Origin: an uncultured Bacillales bacterium
Lineage (GTDB): Bacteria; Bacillota_I; Bacilli_A; RFN20; CAG-826
Length of the DNA stretch: 64,000 bases
Assembly: GCA_947302535.1 (NCBI GenBank)
Contig: CAMYVX010000001.1
Location: 64,705 to 128,704, forward strand
Reading direction: 5' to 3'
In this document: piece after piece, positions 28,427-38,373 of the stretch
Position numbering within the stretch: position 1 is the stretch's first letter
Layout of the letters: each line of letters opens with the position of its first letter
Made by a program: the position numbers and the translations under genes
Notes under the pieces: model-generated
Seen by the model: only the letters and a program-made list of their open reading frames with translations
What the model was told of the DNA's origin: nothing
Databases searched by the model: none

Positions 28427-29518
28427 ATGAATGTTTCAATAGTGGGCCCAGTTAAACAAAACGCTTCAGAAGGTAAAACAAACCCTAAAATTTTTATATA
28501 TAAACAAGCATTTGAAACTATTGGTTATTCAGTCAAATTGTTTTCGACAACGATGTCAAAAATTCATGTTTTTAAGCTATTGAAAAATTTAAAACAAGCA
28601 CTGAAGTTTGGCGATACAGTTGTTTTGATGTTTGGGGGAAATGCTTGCCGCCAGTTAGTTAAGTTTGTTTTATTTTTGAATAAGAAATACAAAAAAAGAA
28701 TTGTGTTAGCTCCGTTTGGTACTGGACCATTAAATCCTATTTTAAACAATAAAGATAATGAATTTGTTAATAAATTTATTAACAATTTAGATTTTTCCGG
28801 AATGAAAGATAAGAAAATGGCGAAACAGCTAAAGCGTTTAGATTTGGTTGTGGTGCAAAATGATACCTTGGCTAGATGTTTCACCTCTTTTTATGGCTTA
28901 GATAATGTATTTGTTTTACCAAACATCAGGTTTTCTAGTAACAACCAAAATAACGAATATAAATGTGATGGCGAATCAATAAATGTTGTCTTTATTTCAC
29001 GAGTTGTAGAAGAAAAAGGAATACTCGATTTAATGGATGTTGTTAATGCAATTAATAAAGAACAGCACTCGAACAAAGTTAAATTAAATATCTATGGTGA
29101 AAAACATTTAAATGATAATCAAGAATCCATTTTTAATGGATATTTAAATGATAATGTTTCTTATTATGGACCAATCCCCAATAAAGAAGCCGATGAAGTT
29201 TTAAAGAAAAATACGATAGCTTGTCTTCCTACGAAATATGTTGGTGAAGGCACCCCTGGTTTTTTAATTGAGGCATTGATTGCGGGTGTGCCTTTGGTTA
29301 CCTCTTCGTTTACACAAGTTAACGACATAATAAAAGATGGTGTTGATAGTCTTATATTTAAAATCGGTGACAAGGATGATTTAAAAAGCAAGTTGCTGTT
29401 ATTATTAAATAACCGCGACATGCTTTTGGAACTTCATAAAAATGCGATTCAATCAGGAAAGCGATTCGCCTTTGAAAATAATATTGATACTATCCAAAAA
29501 ATGATTGAGGGAAATTAA
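28427..29518 (+). CDS. glycosyltransferase family 4
   Basis: GEGTPGFLIEALIAGVPLVTS (E-x7-E GT4 motif). Confidence 0.75.
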   Translation: MNVSIVGPVKQNASEGKTNPKIFIYKQAFETIGYSVKLFSTTMSKIHVFKLLKNLKQALKFGDTVVLMFGGNACRQLVKFVLFLNKKYKKRIVLAPFGTGPLNPILNNKDNEFVNKFINNLDFSGMKDKKMAKQLKRLDLVVVQNDTLARCFTSFYGLDNVFVLPNIRFSSNNQNNEYKCDGESINVVFISRVVEEKGILDLMDVVNAINKEQHSNKVKLNIYGEKHLNDNQESIFNGYLNDNVSYYGPIPNKEADEVLKKNTIACLPTKYVGEGTPGFLIEALIAGVPLVTSSFTQVNDIIKDGVDSLIFKIGDKDDLKSKLLLLLNNRDMLLELHKNAIQSGKRFAFENNIDTIQKMIEGN

Positions 29519-29519
29519 A

Positions 29520-30716
29520 ATGGCGGATTTAATCAAAAAGAATTTATTGTTTTTCTCTCACGTTTATCAAAACGATTCTTTCGAGAAAGATGTTGCTGAA
29601 TATGGGAAGAGGTTTCCTGGCGTTGCTATTTCTAATTATGAAGCTGGTTTTCTTGCTTCAATTTGCCTTATTTCTAATATGACGGTATCGAGAATCAATC
29701 GTCCGTTTTTGCCATATATAAAGGATTTTGAAAATAAGGAAGAATATCCAAAACCATTTTTCTCTAAACTTGTTACTAAAAAATATCAAGATGTTTATTA
29801 TTATAAACATATCAAATCAAGTAAGATCGTTGTTGAAAAGATTAGGCAATCTGATTATATTGTTTTTTCCACTTATCATGATTGGAGACTTTTTAAACTC
29901 GTTAAAAAGATTAATCCAAAAACGAAGTCGATTCTTTTACTTCCTGATTTACCTAATTTTATTGTCAATAAAAAAACATCATTTAAGCATCGATTGTTGC
30001 GTCAACATTTGGCGAAACGTTTTATGAAATCACTTTCTTATATTGATGGCTTAATTCCTATTACTGAAGGTATGGGTGCTTACTTAAACAATAGAGTACA
30101 AAAGCAATTGCAAATTGAAAGCGTTGCGAAGGATGAAGATATTCAAAATAAAGACCGTTCCTCATTTAAGAAACAAATTGTTTATTGTGGAGGTCTTTCT
30201 AAGAGCTATGGTGTTTTAGAATTAGTTAAAGCATTTAATAAGTGTGATTTATCTTCCTCATACAAGTTAGTTATTTGTGGTAAAGGAGAGGCAGAAGAGG
30301 AAATTAAAGAACTAGCAAAGAATAACGAAAATGTGCTTTTCTTAGGTTTTATTCCAAGACAAGATGTTTTGGATTTGTTGTCCTCATCAGCATTTTTAAT
30401 TGTTCCGGAATCACCAAAAAATGAATATTCAAAATATAGCTTCCATTCTAAAATAATCGAATGCTTGGGTTCTGCTACACCCACAATTGCTTATATGTAT
30501 GAAGGTATACCTAAGGATTATGCACCATATATATTAAAGATTGAAGGCAAAGGCGAAGACGTCGAAAAAGAAATAACGCACGCCTTAAATACCTATCTTA
30601 AATTATTGAAAGATGATAATATTTCTTTTGGTACAAGAGCAAAAGATTTTATCAAAGGAAGGAACTCGAAAGAATCTGTCTCAATTAAAATTGAAAGATT
30701 TCTTTCTGAATTATAA
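29520..30716 (+). CDS. glycosyltransferase (GT4-like)
   Basis: YCGGLSKSYGVLELVKAF and the C-terminal segment ECLGSATPTIAYMYEGIP. ATG at 29520. The ORF track began at an upstream TTG. Confidence 0.6.
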   Translation: MADLIKKNLLFFSHVYQNDSFEKDVAEYGKRFPGVAISNYEAGFLASICLISNMTVSRINRPFLPYIKDFENKEEYPKPFFSKLVTKKYQDVYYYKHIKSSKIVVEKIRQSDYIVFSTYHDWRLFKLVKKINPKTKSILLLPDLPNFIVNKKTSFKHRLLRQHLAKRFMKSLSYIDGLIPITEGMGAYLNNRVQKQLQIESVAKDEDIQNKDRSSFKKQIVYCGGLSKSYGVLELVKAFNKCDLSSSYKLVICGKGEAEEEIKELAKNNENVLFLGFIPRQDVLDLLSSSAFLIVPESPKNEYSKYSFHSKIIECLGSATPTIAYMYEGIPKDYAPYILKIEGKGEDVEKEITHALNTYLKLLKDDNISFGTRAKDFIKGRNSKESVSIKIERFLSEL

Positions 30717-30722
30717 TTTATT

Positions 30723-31925
30723 ATGAAAAAAGTGCTTGTTTATTATCTTTATTCCGAAAAAAATGCCGGCGATATGGCGATATGTTTTGGATTGCTCGAT
30801 TTATTAGAATGCATCCATGATATTTCTATCACCGTTGTTTCTAGATATTCTGGCAAAGAAAATTTATTCGTCAGATCAAAATGGTTGACGCTTAAATATC
30901 ATCCTAATATCAACGTGAAGCCAGGCTATATAAAATATAATCGTGACGGAAGTAAACTTTCAAAACTTAAATCTTATTTAAGTGGTTTCGTTATTTCAAG
31001 TTTCCCAAGCTTCAATAAGAACATGAAGAAGGAAATAAAAGAAGCTGACCTAGTCTTATTTAACGGGGGCAATTTTTTAAGAACAAATTCGTTTGCCGAT
31101 AGATCTAGAATGAAAGCGTTATTTTTCCCTCTTAAGTACGCTAAAAAACATGGCAAAACAGTTATTTGTATGCCTCAATCAACAACCACAGCCAAAAGTA
31201 AAAAGGCATTAAGAAAATTAGAAAAAACTTTGAATGTGTTTGATTATATTTTCCTACGTGACCCGTTATCTTATTCATATTTTAAGGAACATAGAATGTT
31301 CGACGAACAAAAATATTCCCTTTCTTGTGACTTGGCATTCTTTTCTAATGAGCCTGTTGTTGAAAAAATGGACGAGCATCTTACATTAGTTAAAACAAAG
31401 AATATTGCTATTAATTGTCGTTTGACATCTATTGGTGACATAGGCGAAATTTCTGAAGATAAAAAAGCCGATATCGCAAATACTTATGAACATTTGATTA
31501 CAAATTATCCAGAGTATCAATTTAACTTTATCTGCCAAACAGAGAAAGATTATCCTTTCATGAATGCCTTTTACAAAAAGCTATTGGAAAAGGGTATTAA
31601 GAATATTGGATTCTTCAAAAACAACGACCCATACATTTTAAAATCAATTTATAAGAAGCACGATTTGCTCATTTCTATGCGTCTGCATGCGAGTATACTC
31701 GCTATTTCATCTGGTATTAAAGTGATTGGATTCTCTTATAAAGAGTGGGGTTTTAAAAACGCTGGTATTTTAAATCAATTCGGCTTCAAAAATTTTGAAA
31801 ATGGACAAGGGGTAATTGATAGTTTTGAATCAGTGCTCGCTCATGATAAGGCTATCGATACAGCACAATTATCAAAAGATTTTAAAGATAGTATTCTTGA
31901 AAAAATGGAAGGTTACATTAAATAG
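30723..31925 (+). CDS. polysaccharide pyruvyl transferase family protein
   Basis: N-terminal NAGDMAI motif. Fold-family resemblance to CsaB/WcaK-type pyruvyl transferases. Confidence 0.65.
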   Translation: MKKVLVYYLYSEKNAGDMAICFGLLDLLECIHDISITVVSRYSGKENLFVRSKWLTLKYHPNINVKPGYIKYNRDGSKLSKLKSYLSGFVISSFPSFNKNMKKEIKEADLVLFNGGNFLRTNSFADRSRMKALFFPLKYAKKHGKTVICMPQSTTTAKSKKALRKLEKTLNVFDYIFLRDPLSYSYFKEHRMFDEQKYSLSCDLAFFSNEPVVEKMDEHLTLVKTKNIAINCRLTSIGDIGEISEDKKADIANTYEHLITNYPEYQFNFICQTEKDYPFMNAFYKKLLEKGIKNIGFFKNNDPYILKSIYKKHDLLISMRLHASILAISSGIKVIGFSYKEWGFKNAGILNQFGFKNFENGQGVIDSFESVLAHDKAIDTAQLSKDFKDSILEKMEGYIK

Positions 31926-31927
31926 TT

Positions 31928-32584
31928 ATGAAAAAAGATTCTCGTGGTATTAAAAAAGTTGGACCATTTTATTATTTCTTTAAAAGGTTCTTTGATATTC
32001 TTTTTTCCTTTATCTTTTTAGTCTTACTTTCTTGGTTACTTTTAATCTTAGCTATTATAGTTAAATGTTCATCTAAAGGACCAATCCTCTTTAAAGATGT
32101 AAGAGTAGGAAGAAAAGGTAAAACTATTAAGGTTTGGAAATACCGCTCAATGTATATAGATGCAGAGAGTAATATTGATAAATATCTTACTCCAGAACAA
32201 AAAGAGATTTGGATTAGGGAAAGAAAACTTGATAACGATCCAAGAATTACAAAGATCGGTCGCTTCTTAAGAAAGACTTCTTTAGATGAATTACCTCAAT
32301 TATTTAATATCTTTGGTGGTTCAATGACATTCGTTGGTCCTCGCCCTATTACTAAAGTTGAGTTAGAAGAACACTTCAATGAGCAAGAAAAAGAAATCAT
32401 TCTCTTAGCTAGACCAGGCTTAACTGGATATTGGCAAGTATATGCAAGAAATGATGCTGAATTTGAAACAGGCGAAAGACAAAAACTAGAACTCGCCTAT
32501 TTCCAAAAAAGAGGATTATTCTTCGACTTCAAATTATTGATATTAACTATCCCCGCAGTGTTAAAACATAAGGGTGCAAAATAA
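31928..32584 (+). CDS. undecaprenyl-phosphate sugar phosphotransferase (PglC/WbaP C-terminal-domain type priming transferase)
   Basis: DELPQLFNIFGGSMTFVGPRP. Single N-terminal TM. Confidence 0.85.
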   Translation: MKKDSRGIKKVGPFYYFFKRFFDILFSFIFLVLLSWLLLILAIIVKCSSKGPILFKDVRVGRKGKTIKVWKYRSMYIDAESNIDKYLTPEQKEIWIRERKLDNDPRITKIGRFLRKTSLDELPQLFNIFGGSMTFVGPRPITKVELEEHFNEQEKEIILLARPGLTGYWQVYARNDAEFETGERQKLELAYFQKRGLFFDFKLLILTIPAVLKHKGAK

Positions 32585-32615
32585 AAGCAGGCAACTGCAA
32601 TATTTGCATATTTTA

Positions 32616-32643
32616 TTGACATAGAAGCCTTGGGTTATATAAT
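32616..32643 (+). promoter_or_regulatory. sigma-70-type promoter (TTGACA-16 bp-TATAAT) preceded by palindrome TGCAATATTTGCA
   Basis: TTGACA at 32616-32621 and TATAAT at 32638-32643. GAGG lies 8 nt before ATG 32662. Confidence 0.5.
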
Positions 32644-32661
32644 ATACTCGAGGTTTTTATT

Positions 32662-33855
32662 ATGACACTTAAAGAAATACGCAAAAATTGCAAATTAACA
32701 CAAAAGGAAGTGGCGGATATCGTTGGTATGCCACTTAGAACATATGTGAATTATGAAACTAACGAAGCAAATGCCGATCAAATTAAATTAGAAGGGATTA
32801 AAGATAGACTTATGGAATATATGGCTAAAGATACATCAATATTAAAAGGAAAGGTTTTATTAATCACTGGTGGTACCGGTTCATTTGGTCATGCCGTAGT
32901 GGACCGTTTCTTAGATACTGATATAAAAGAGATTAGAATTTTATCTCGTGATGAGAAGAAACAAGATGATATGCGCAAAGCATATAATAACGAGAAACTT
33001 AAGTTCTATATCGGTGATGTACGTAACTTAGATAGCATCATTGATGCTTTTAAAGGAGTAGATTATGTCTTCTCTGCAGCGGCATTAAAACAAGTCCCAT
33101 CTTGTGAATTCTATCCAATGGAAGCTGTACGTACCAATGTTATTGGTAGCGACAATGTTATTACCGCTTGTGTGCGTAATCATGTGAAGAAGGCTATCTT
33201 CTTATCTACTGATAAGGCTGCTTATCCAATTAATGCGATGGGTATCTCTAAAGCCTTAATGGAAAAGAATGTTATTGCTAGAAGTAGGCAACTTCTTCCA
33301 GGAGATACAGTACTTTGTTTAACTAGATATGGTAACGTTATGGCGTCTCGTGGCTCTGTTATCCCCTTATTCTTAAATCAAATCCATGAAGGTAAACCAA
33401 TAACCATCACTAACCCAGATATGACTAGATTTATGATGACTCTTGATGATGCAGTGGATTTAGTCTTATATGCTTTTGAACACGGCGAACAAGGTGACTT
33501 ATTTGTCCAAAAAGCACCCGCGGCCACGATTGAAACATTAGCGAAAGCTGTTATTGATTTAACTAATAGTAAGACTGGTATCTCCTATATTGGTACTAGA
33601 CACGGTGAGAAACTATACGAAACTCTTGTTACACAAGAAGAAATGCTTAAGTCCGTTGATATGGGCAACTTCTTCTGTATTAAAGCGGATAACCGTGACC
33701 TTAATTATGATAAATACTTCTCTAAAGGTAATAAGAAACTCAATTTAGGAGAATCATATACATCTCATAATACTGGTAGACTTGATGTTGAAGGAATGAA
33801 ACAGTTATTAAAGAAACTTGAATTATTCGGTGGACCAGTCAGACAACACGAATAG
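32662..33855 (+). CDS. capE: UDP-N-acetylglucosamine 4,6-dehydratase/5-epimerase (CapE/FnlA-type) carrying an in-frame ~50-aa N-terminal XRE-type HTH extension
   Basis: The core aligns closely with S. aureus Cap5E: LLITGGTGSFG. ILSRDEKKQDDMRKAYNNEKLKFYIGDVRN. TRYGNVMASRGSVIPLF. TRFMMTLDDAVDLVLYAFEHGE. The extra N-terminus is MTLKEIRKNCKLTQKEVADIVGMPLRTYVNYE. Confidence 0.85.
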   Translation: MTLKEIRKNCKLTQKEVADIVGMPLRTYVNYETNEANADQIKLEGIKDRLMEYMAKDTSILKGKVLLITGGTGSFGHAVVDRFLDTDIKEIRILSRDEKKQDDMRKAYNNEKLKFYIGDVRNLDSIIDAFKGVDYVFSAAALKQVPSCEFYPMEAVRTNVIGSDNVITACVRNHVKKAIFLSTDKAAYPINAMGISKALMEKNVIARSRQLLPGDTVLCLTRYGNVMASRGSVIPLFLNQIHEGKPITITNPDMTRFMMTLDDAVDLVLYAFEHGEQGDLFVQKAPAATIETLAKAVIDLTNSKTGISYIGTRHGEKLYETLVTQEEMLKSVDMGNFFCIKADNRDLNYDKYFSKGNKKLNLGESYTSHNTGRLDVEGMKQLLKKLELFGGPVRQHE

Positions 33856-33866
33856 GAGGATTATCT

Positions 33867-35015
33867 ATGCCTTTTAAAAATAATGGAAAAATCAAATTAA
33901 TGATTATCGTTGGTACTAGACCAGAGATTATTCGTCTAGCCGCGGTCATTAATAAATGTAGAGATTATTTTGATACATTACTTGTCCATACTGGACAAAA
34001 TTATGATTACACCTTAAACGGCGTGTTCTTTAAAGATTTAGGAATCAAAGATCCTGATATTTATTTAAACGCGGTGGGTAATGATTTAGGAGAAACAATG
34101 GGCAACATCATTGCTAAATCTTATCAAGCGATGGTGGAACATATACCTGATGCAGTTTTAGTCTTAGGTGACACGAATAGCTGCTTATCAGTGATAGGTG
34201 CGAAACGTTTACATATCCCCATCTTCCATATGGAAGCCGGTAATAGATGTAAAGATGAATGTTTACCAGAAGAGACTAATAGAAGAATTGTGGATATTAT
34301 CTCCGATGTTAATTTAGCTTATAGTGAACACGCTAGACGTTATTTAGCCGATACGGGGCTACCAAAAGAAAGAACATATGTCACAGGCTCCCCAATGGCG
34401 GAAGTGCTCTCAAATAACTTAAAATCGATTGAAAATAGCGATATTCTTACTAGACTCAACTTACAAAAAGGTAAATATATCCTTTTAAGCGCGCATAGAG
34501 AAGAAAACATCGATACTGATAAGAACTTCTATTCCTTATTTAACGCGATTAACCAATTAGCGGAAAAATATGATATGCCAATCCTTTATTCTTGTCATCC
34601 TCGTAGTAAGAAGAAACTGGAAAAGACTGGCTTTAAGTTAGATAAACGTGTAGTAATGCATGAACCTCTAGGTTTCCATGACTATAACAATTTACAAATG
34701 AATGCATTTTGCGTTGTTTCTGATAGTGGTACACTTCCAGAAGAAAGTAGTTTCTATGCCTCTATTAATAGACCAATCGCGGCAGTTTGTATTAGAACAT
34801 CTACTGAAAGACCAGAAGCGCTTGACGAAGCTTGCTTCGTTTTAGCGGGCATTGACACCAAGAATCTTCTTCAAGCGGTGGAAGTCGCTGTGCTTAATAA
34901 AGCAGGATGTAAACCAGTAAGAGACTATATAGACACAAATGTGTCTGATAAGGTTGTGAAATTAATCCAATCTTATACCGGCGTTGTGAATAAGATGGTT
35001 TGGAGAAAAGAATAA
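33867..35015 (+). CDS. capG: UDP-N-acetylglucosamine 2-epimerase, CapG/FnlC-type (UDP-L-FucNAc pathway)
   Basis: KLMIIVGTRPEIIRL. VHTGQNYDYTLN. FHMEAGNRC. VTGSPM. Confidence 0.85.
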   Translation: MPFKNNGKIKLMIIVGTRPEIIRLAAVINKCRDYFDTLLVHTGQNYDYTLNGVFFKDLGIKDPDIYLNAVGNDLGETMGNIIAKSYQAMVEHIPDAVLVLGDTNSCLSVIGAKRLHIPIFHMEAGNRCKDECLPEETNRRIVDIISDVNLAYSEHARRYLADTGLPKERTYVTGSPMAEVLSNNLKSIENSDILTRLNLQKGKYILLSAHREENIDTDKNFYSLFNAINQLAEKYDMPILYSCHPRSKKKLEKTGFKLDKRVVMHEPLGFHDYNNLQMNAFCVVSDSGTLPEESSFYASINRPIAAVCIRTSTERPEALDEACFVLAGIDTKNLLQAVEVAVLNKAGCKPVRDYIDTNVSDKVVKLIQSYTGVVNKMVWRKE

Positions 35016-35019
35016 GTTT

Positions 35020-36123
35020 ATGAAAGTACTTGTCACAGGTGCGAATGGCTTTATAGGTAAACATATGTGCCTTCATCTATCTAGAGAAGGTATAGATGTT
35101 TTAAAGTACGATTTAGATAATAAAGAAGAAGACCTTATTAATTTTATTAATGAAGCTGATTTTATTATCCATCTAGCCGGTATTAATCGCCCATTAAGTA
35201 AAGAAGAGTTTTATGACGGTAACACTAACTTCACAAAGAAGGTTGTAGATTTAATTAAATCTAGTGGTAAAAATATTCCTATTATTATGTCTAGTTCCAC
35301 ACAAGCTGAATTAGATAATGATTATGGTAAAAGTAAGAAGATGGGTGAAGACTACCTATTAGCGAGCGGCCTTCCTGTATACGTCTTTAGGCTTTCTAAT
35401 GTCTTTGGTAAATGGTGTCGACCTAATTACAACTCTGCATGTGCGACATTTTGCTATAACATCGCTCATGATTTACCAATAGAAATTAGAGATAGAGAAT
35501 ATGTTGTCCACTTTAATTACGTGGATGATATATGTGCGACATTTATCTCTATTATCAAAGATAACAACCATAAAGGCTCTAAAGATATTTTAAAAGTGAA
35601 TCCCATTCATGATTGTTCTTTAGGTAGACTTGCTGATTTACTTTATTACTTTAAACAAGAAATAGAATCAGATAGGCACTTACCTCTAATTCATGATGAA
35701 TTTGAATTAAAACTATTTAAAACATTCTGTGATTATCTTTCTGATCCAGGATATAGTTTTAACTTTGCTAGCGATAATAGAGGCTCATTTGAAGAATTAT
35801 ATAAATCTAAAAAATGGGGGCAAATAAGTGATAATGTTTCTTTCCCTGGAATTGTCAAAGGCGGGCATTATCATACCTATAAAAAAGAAATATTCTATAC
35901 CGTAGTGGGAACATGCCGTATTAGACAAAGAAGTGTTAAGGATAATACGATGTTAGACGTCACTGCTAGTGGACTTAACTCTCACCCAGTTGATATCCTT
36001 CCTTATTACACTCATGAGATTACTAATATAGGCAAGGTAAATAGTCACACGATTATGTGGATATCAGAGATTTATAACCCTGATACCCATGATACATATA
36101 GAGAAGATATAGAAGCAAAATAA
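35020..36123 (+). CDS. capF: CapF/FnlB-type bifunctional reductase/epimerase (UDP-L-FucNAc pathway)
   Basis: MKVLVTGANGFIGKH Rossmann N-terminus. C-terminal cupin-like region. Length 367 aa. Flanked by capE and capG homologues. Confidence 0.75.
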   Translation: MKVLVTGANGFIGKHMCLHLSREGIDVLKYDLDNKEEDLINFINEADFIIHLAGINRPLSKEEFYDGNTNFTKKVVDLIKSSGKNIPIIMSSSTQAELDNDYGKSKKMGEDYLLASGLPVYVFRLSNVFGKWCRPNYNSACATFCYNIAHDLPIEIRDREYVVHFNYVDDICATFISIIKDNNHKGSKDILKVNPIHDCSLGRLADLLYYFKQEIESDRHLPLIHDEFELKLFKTFCDYLSDPGYSFNFASDNRGSFEELYKSKKWGQISDNVSFPGIVKGGHYHTYKKEIFYTVVGTCRIRQRSVKDNTMLDVTASGLNSHPVDILPYYTHEITNIGKVNSHTIMWISEIYNPDTHDTYREDIEAK

Positions 36124-36130
36124 GTAAAAT

Positions 36131-36178
36131 ATAGGCAAAAGTGTTTACTGTAGTATACAAAAATGCCTATTTTTTACT
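36131..36178 (+). terminator. putative terminator at the end of the polysaccharide locus
   Basis: ATAGGCA...TGCCTAT inverted repeat with a long loop, followed by TTTTTT. Confidence 0.4.
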
Positions 36179-36287
36179 TTTGACACGTTTATTTGACACT
36201 CTTTCAAACTCTTAAAATATTTTTATCTTTTTCTACCATGAGGCAATACTTTGAGATATAATCTCACTCAATGAAAGGAGTGTTTTT

Positions 36288-37511
36288 ATGTTAGATAAAG
36301 AAATTAAACACTTCATTACTGAAGAAAGAAAAAGACAAGAAGACAATATTGAACTAATTGCTAGTGAGAACTATGTTAGTAACGATATCTTAGAAGCAGT
36401 AGGATCAATATTAACTAATAAATATGCAGAAGGATATCCATCAAGGAGATATTATGGTGGATGTGTTAACGTTGATGAGATTGAAAATCTTGCTCGTGAA
36501 AGATGTAAGCAACTTTTTAACGTTAAATATGTTAATGTGCAACCTCATTCTGGTAGCACGGCGAATATGGCCGCATATCGCGCTTTGCTTAATAAGGGTG
36601 ATAAGGTTTTGTCTATGTCTCTTGATCAAGGTGGGCACTTAACACATGGTCATCAACTCTCCTTTTCTGGACAAGATTATGAATTCTATTCTTATCATTT
36701 AACTAAGGAAGGATTTATTGATTACGATGAGGTAAGAAGACTAGCTATAGAGATTAAACCACGTCTTATTTTAGCGGGCGCTTCTGCTTATCCAAGAATG
36801 ATAGATTTTGCTAAATTTAAGGAAATTAGTGACGAAATAGGGGCTTTTTTCATGGTGGACATGGCTCATATTGCGGGTTTAGTCGCTACTGGATTACACC
36901 CTTCTCCTATTCCTTATGCAGATATTGTGACAAGTACCACTCATAAGACTTTAAGGGGTCCTAGAGGTGGCATTATCATGACTAATAACTATCAGATTTA
37001 TAAGAAGATTAATTCTGTAGTTTTCCCAGGCATTCAAGGTGGACCATTAATGCATGTTATTGCGGGCAAGGCTATTTGTTTTAAAGAAGCATTAGAGCCA
37101 AGCTTTAAGGAATACGCGCAAAACATAGTTAATAACTGTCACCGCTTAGCGGATGAACTTATTCAGCGTGGCTATAAACTTATTACTGGAGGTACAGATA
37201 ACCATCTTTTACTAGTGGATATCTTCTCTTCTCGTGGATTAAGTGGTAAAGAAGCAGAAACTTTACTAGATAGAGTTGGTATTACTGTTAATAAAAACAG
37301 TATTCCTTTTGATACATTGCCCCCAATGATATCTTCTGGCTTAAGAATGGGGACTGCAGCGATTACTTCTCGTGGATTTAATGAGGCTGATATGGTGGAG
37401 ATTGCTGAATGTATTGATTTAGCCTTTAAATATAAGGATGACGATACTATGTTAGATAAGATCCATGATAGAGTCTTAAAACTAACTAGAAGTCATCCTC
37501 TTTGGTATTAA
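36288..37511 (+). CDS. glyA: serine hydroxymethyltransferase
   Basis: IELIASENYVS. HLTHGH. PLP-lysine motif TTHKTLRGPRGG. Confidence 0.95.
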   Translation: MLDKEIKHFITEERKRQEDNIELIASENYVSNDILEAVGSILTNKYAEGYPSRRYYGGCVNVDEIENLARERCKQLFNVKYVNVQPHSGSTANMAAYRALLNKGDKVLSMSLDQGGHLTHGHQLSFSGQDYEFYSYHLTKEGFIDYDEVRRLAIEIKPRLILAGASAYPRMIDFAKFKEISDEIGAFFMVDMAHIAGLVATGLHPSPIPYADIVTSTTHKTLRGPRGGIIMTNNYQIYKKINSVVFPGIQGGPLMHVIAGKAICFKEALEPSFKEYAQNIVNNCHRLADELIQRGYKLITGGTDNHLLLVDIFSSRGLSGKEAETLLDRVGITVNKNSIPFDTLPPMISSGLRMGTAAITSRGFNEADMVEIAECIDLAFKYKDDDTMLDKIHDRVLKLTRSHPLWY

Positions 37512-37543
37512 TTTTGTTGTTATAATGAATATAGGTATAACCT

Positions 37544-38089
37544 ATGGATTTAAAAGATTATAAAGATGAATTTGATGACGAAGAAGATATCGAAGATTAT
37601 TGGCACGATATTGATATCGACTTTGTTGAAGATGAATTAAAAGAGATTTGTAATAAATATCATGGCTATTATTATTCTGATGTTTCTTTTCTTGATATAG
37701 ATAAGAAGCCTTTTCTTATCGATCATATGTTAATCACAAAAGGCGGTATCTTTGTTATTAGAAGAAAATCTAATAAAGGTACAGTCATTGGAGAGATTGA
37801 TGAACCCATTTGGCTTGTTGGTGGAAGAACAATCCCTAACGCGCTTATGGAGAACGAAGATAGAATTAATAAGTTCCTATCTTTATTTATAAATAAGAAA
37901 CCTAAAGTCATAAATATGGTTTTAGTTATGAGGGCGTATTTCCTTTATCAAGCAGATGCTAAATTTGTTTGTAATTTACCTTTCACAGTGGATGAATTTA
38001 TTAAAGTTGCAAATGAAGAGTTATATACACTTGAAGAGTTAGATGAATTTAACAAGATAATTAAAGAAAACATTATTGAAAGCAAATAA
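37544..38089 (+). CDS. NERD (nuclease-related domain) protein
   Basis: DHMLITKGGIFVIRRKSNKGTVIGEIDEPIWL pattern typical of NERD. Acidic N-terminus. Confidence 0.55.
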   Translation: MDLKDYKDEFDDEEDIEDYWHDIDIDFVEDELKEICNKYHGYYYSDVSFLDIDKKPFLIDHMLITKGGIFVIRRKSNKGTVIGEIDEPIWLVGGRTIPNALMENEDRINKFLSLFINKKPKVINMVLVMRAYFLYQADAKFVCNLPFTVDEFIKVANEELYTLEELDEFNKIIKENIIESK

Positions 38090-38126
38090 ATAATATATAA
38101 TTTATTTAATTAAGGAGAATTATATT

Positions 38127-38366
38127 ATGGCAGCTAAAAAAGAAGTTAAACCCGCTCCTAAGAAAAATGCATCTTATCATCTTTCTAAAAGAGCAAGCGA
38201 TGGTAAATGGCAAGTTTTCCGCGCTGGTAGTGACAAAGTGATTAAACTTTTCGATACCAAAGCCGAAGCTGAAGCTTATACCAAACAAATGGCAGAGAAC
38301 CAAGGTGTTGGTTTCTTAACTCACGCTTCTAAAGGTAAAAACAAAGGTCGCGTCCAAAAGAAATAA
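38127..38366 (+). CDS. DUF2188-family small protein
   Basis: YHLSKRASDGKWQVFRAGSDKVIKLFDTKAEAEAYTKQMAENQG matches the DUF2188 pattern. AGGAG Shine-Dalgarno upstream. Confidence 0.6.
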   Translation: MAAKKEVKPAPKKNASYHLSKRASDGKWQVFRAGSDKVIKLFDTKAEAEAYTKQMAENQGVGFLTHASKGKNKGRVQKK

Positions 38367-38373
38367 ATAATAG

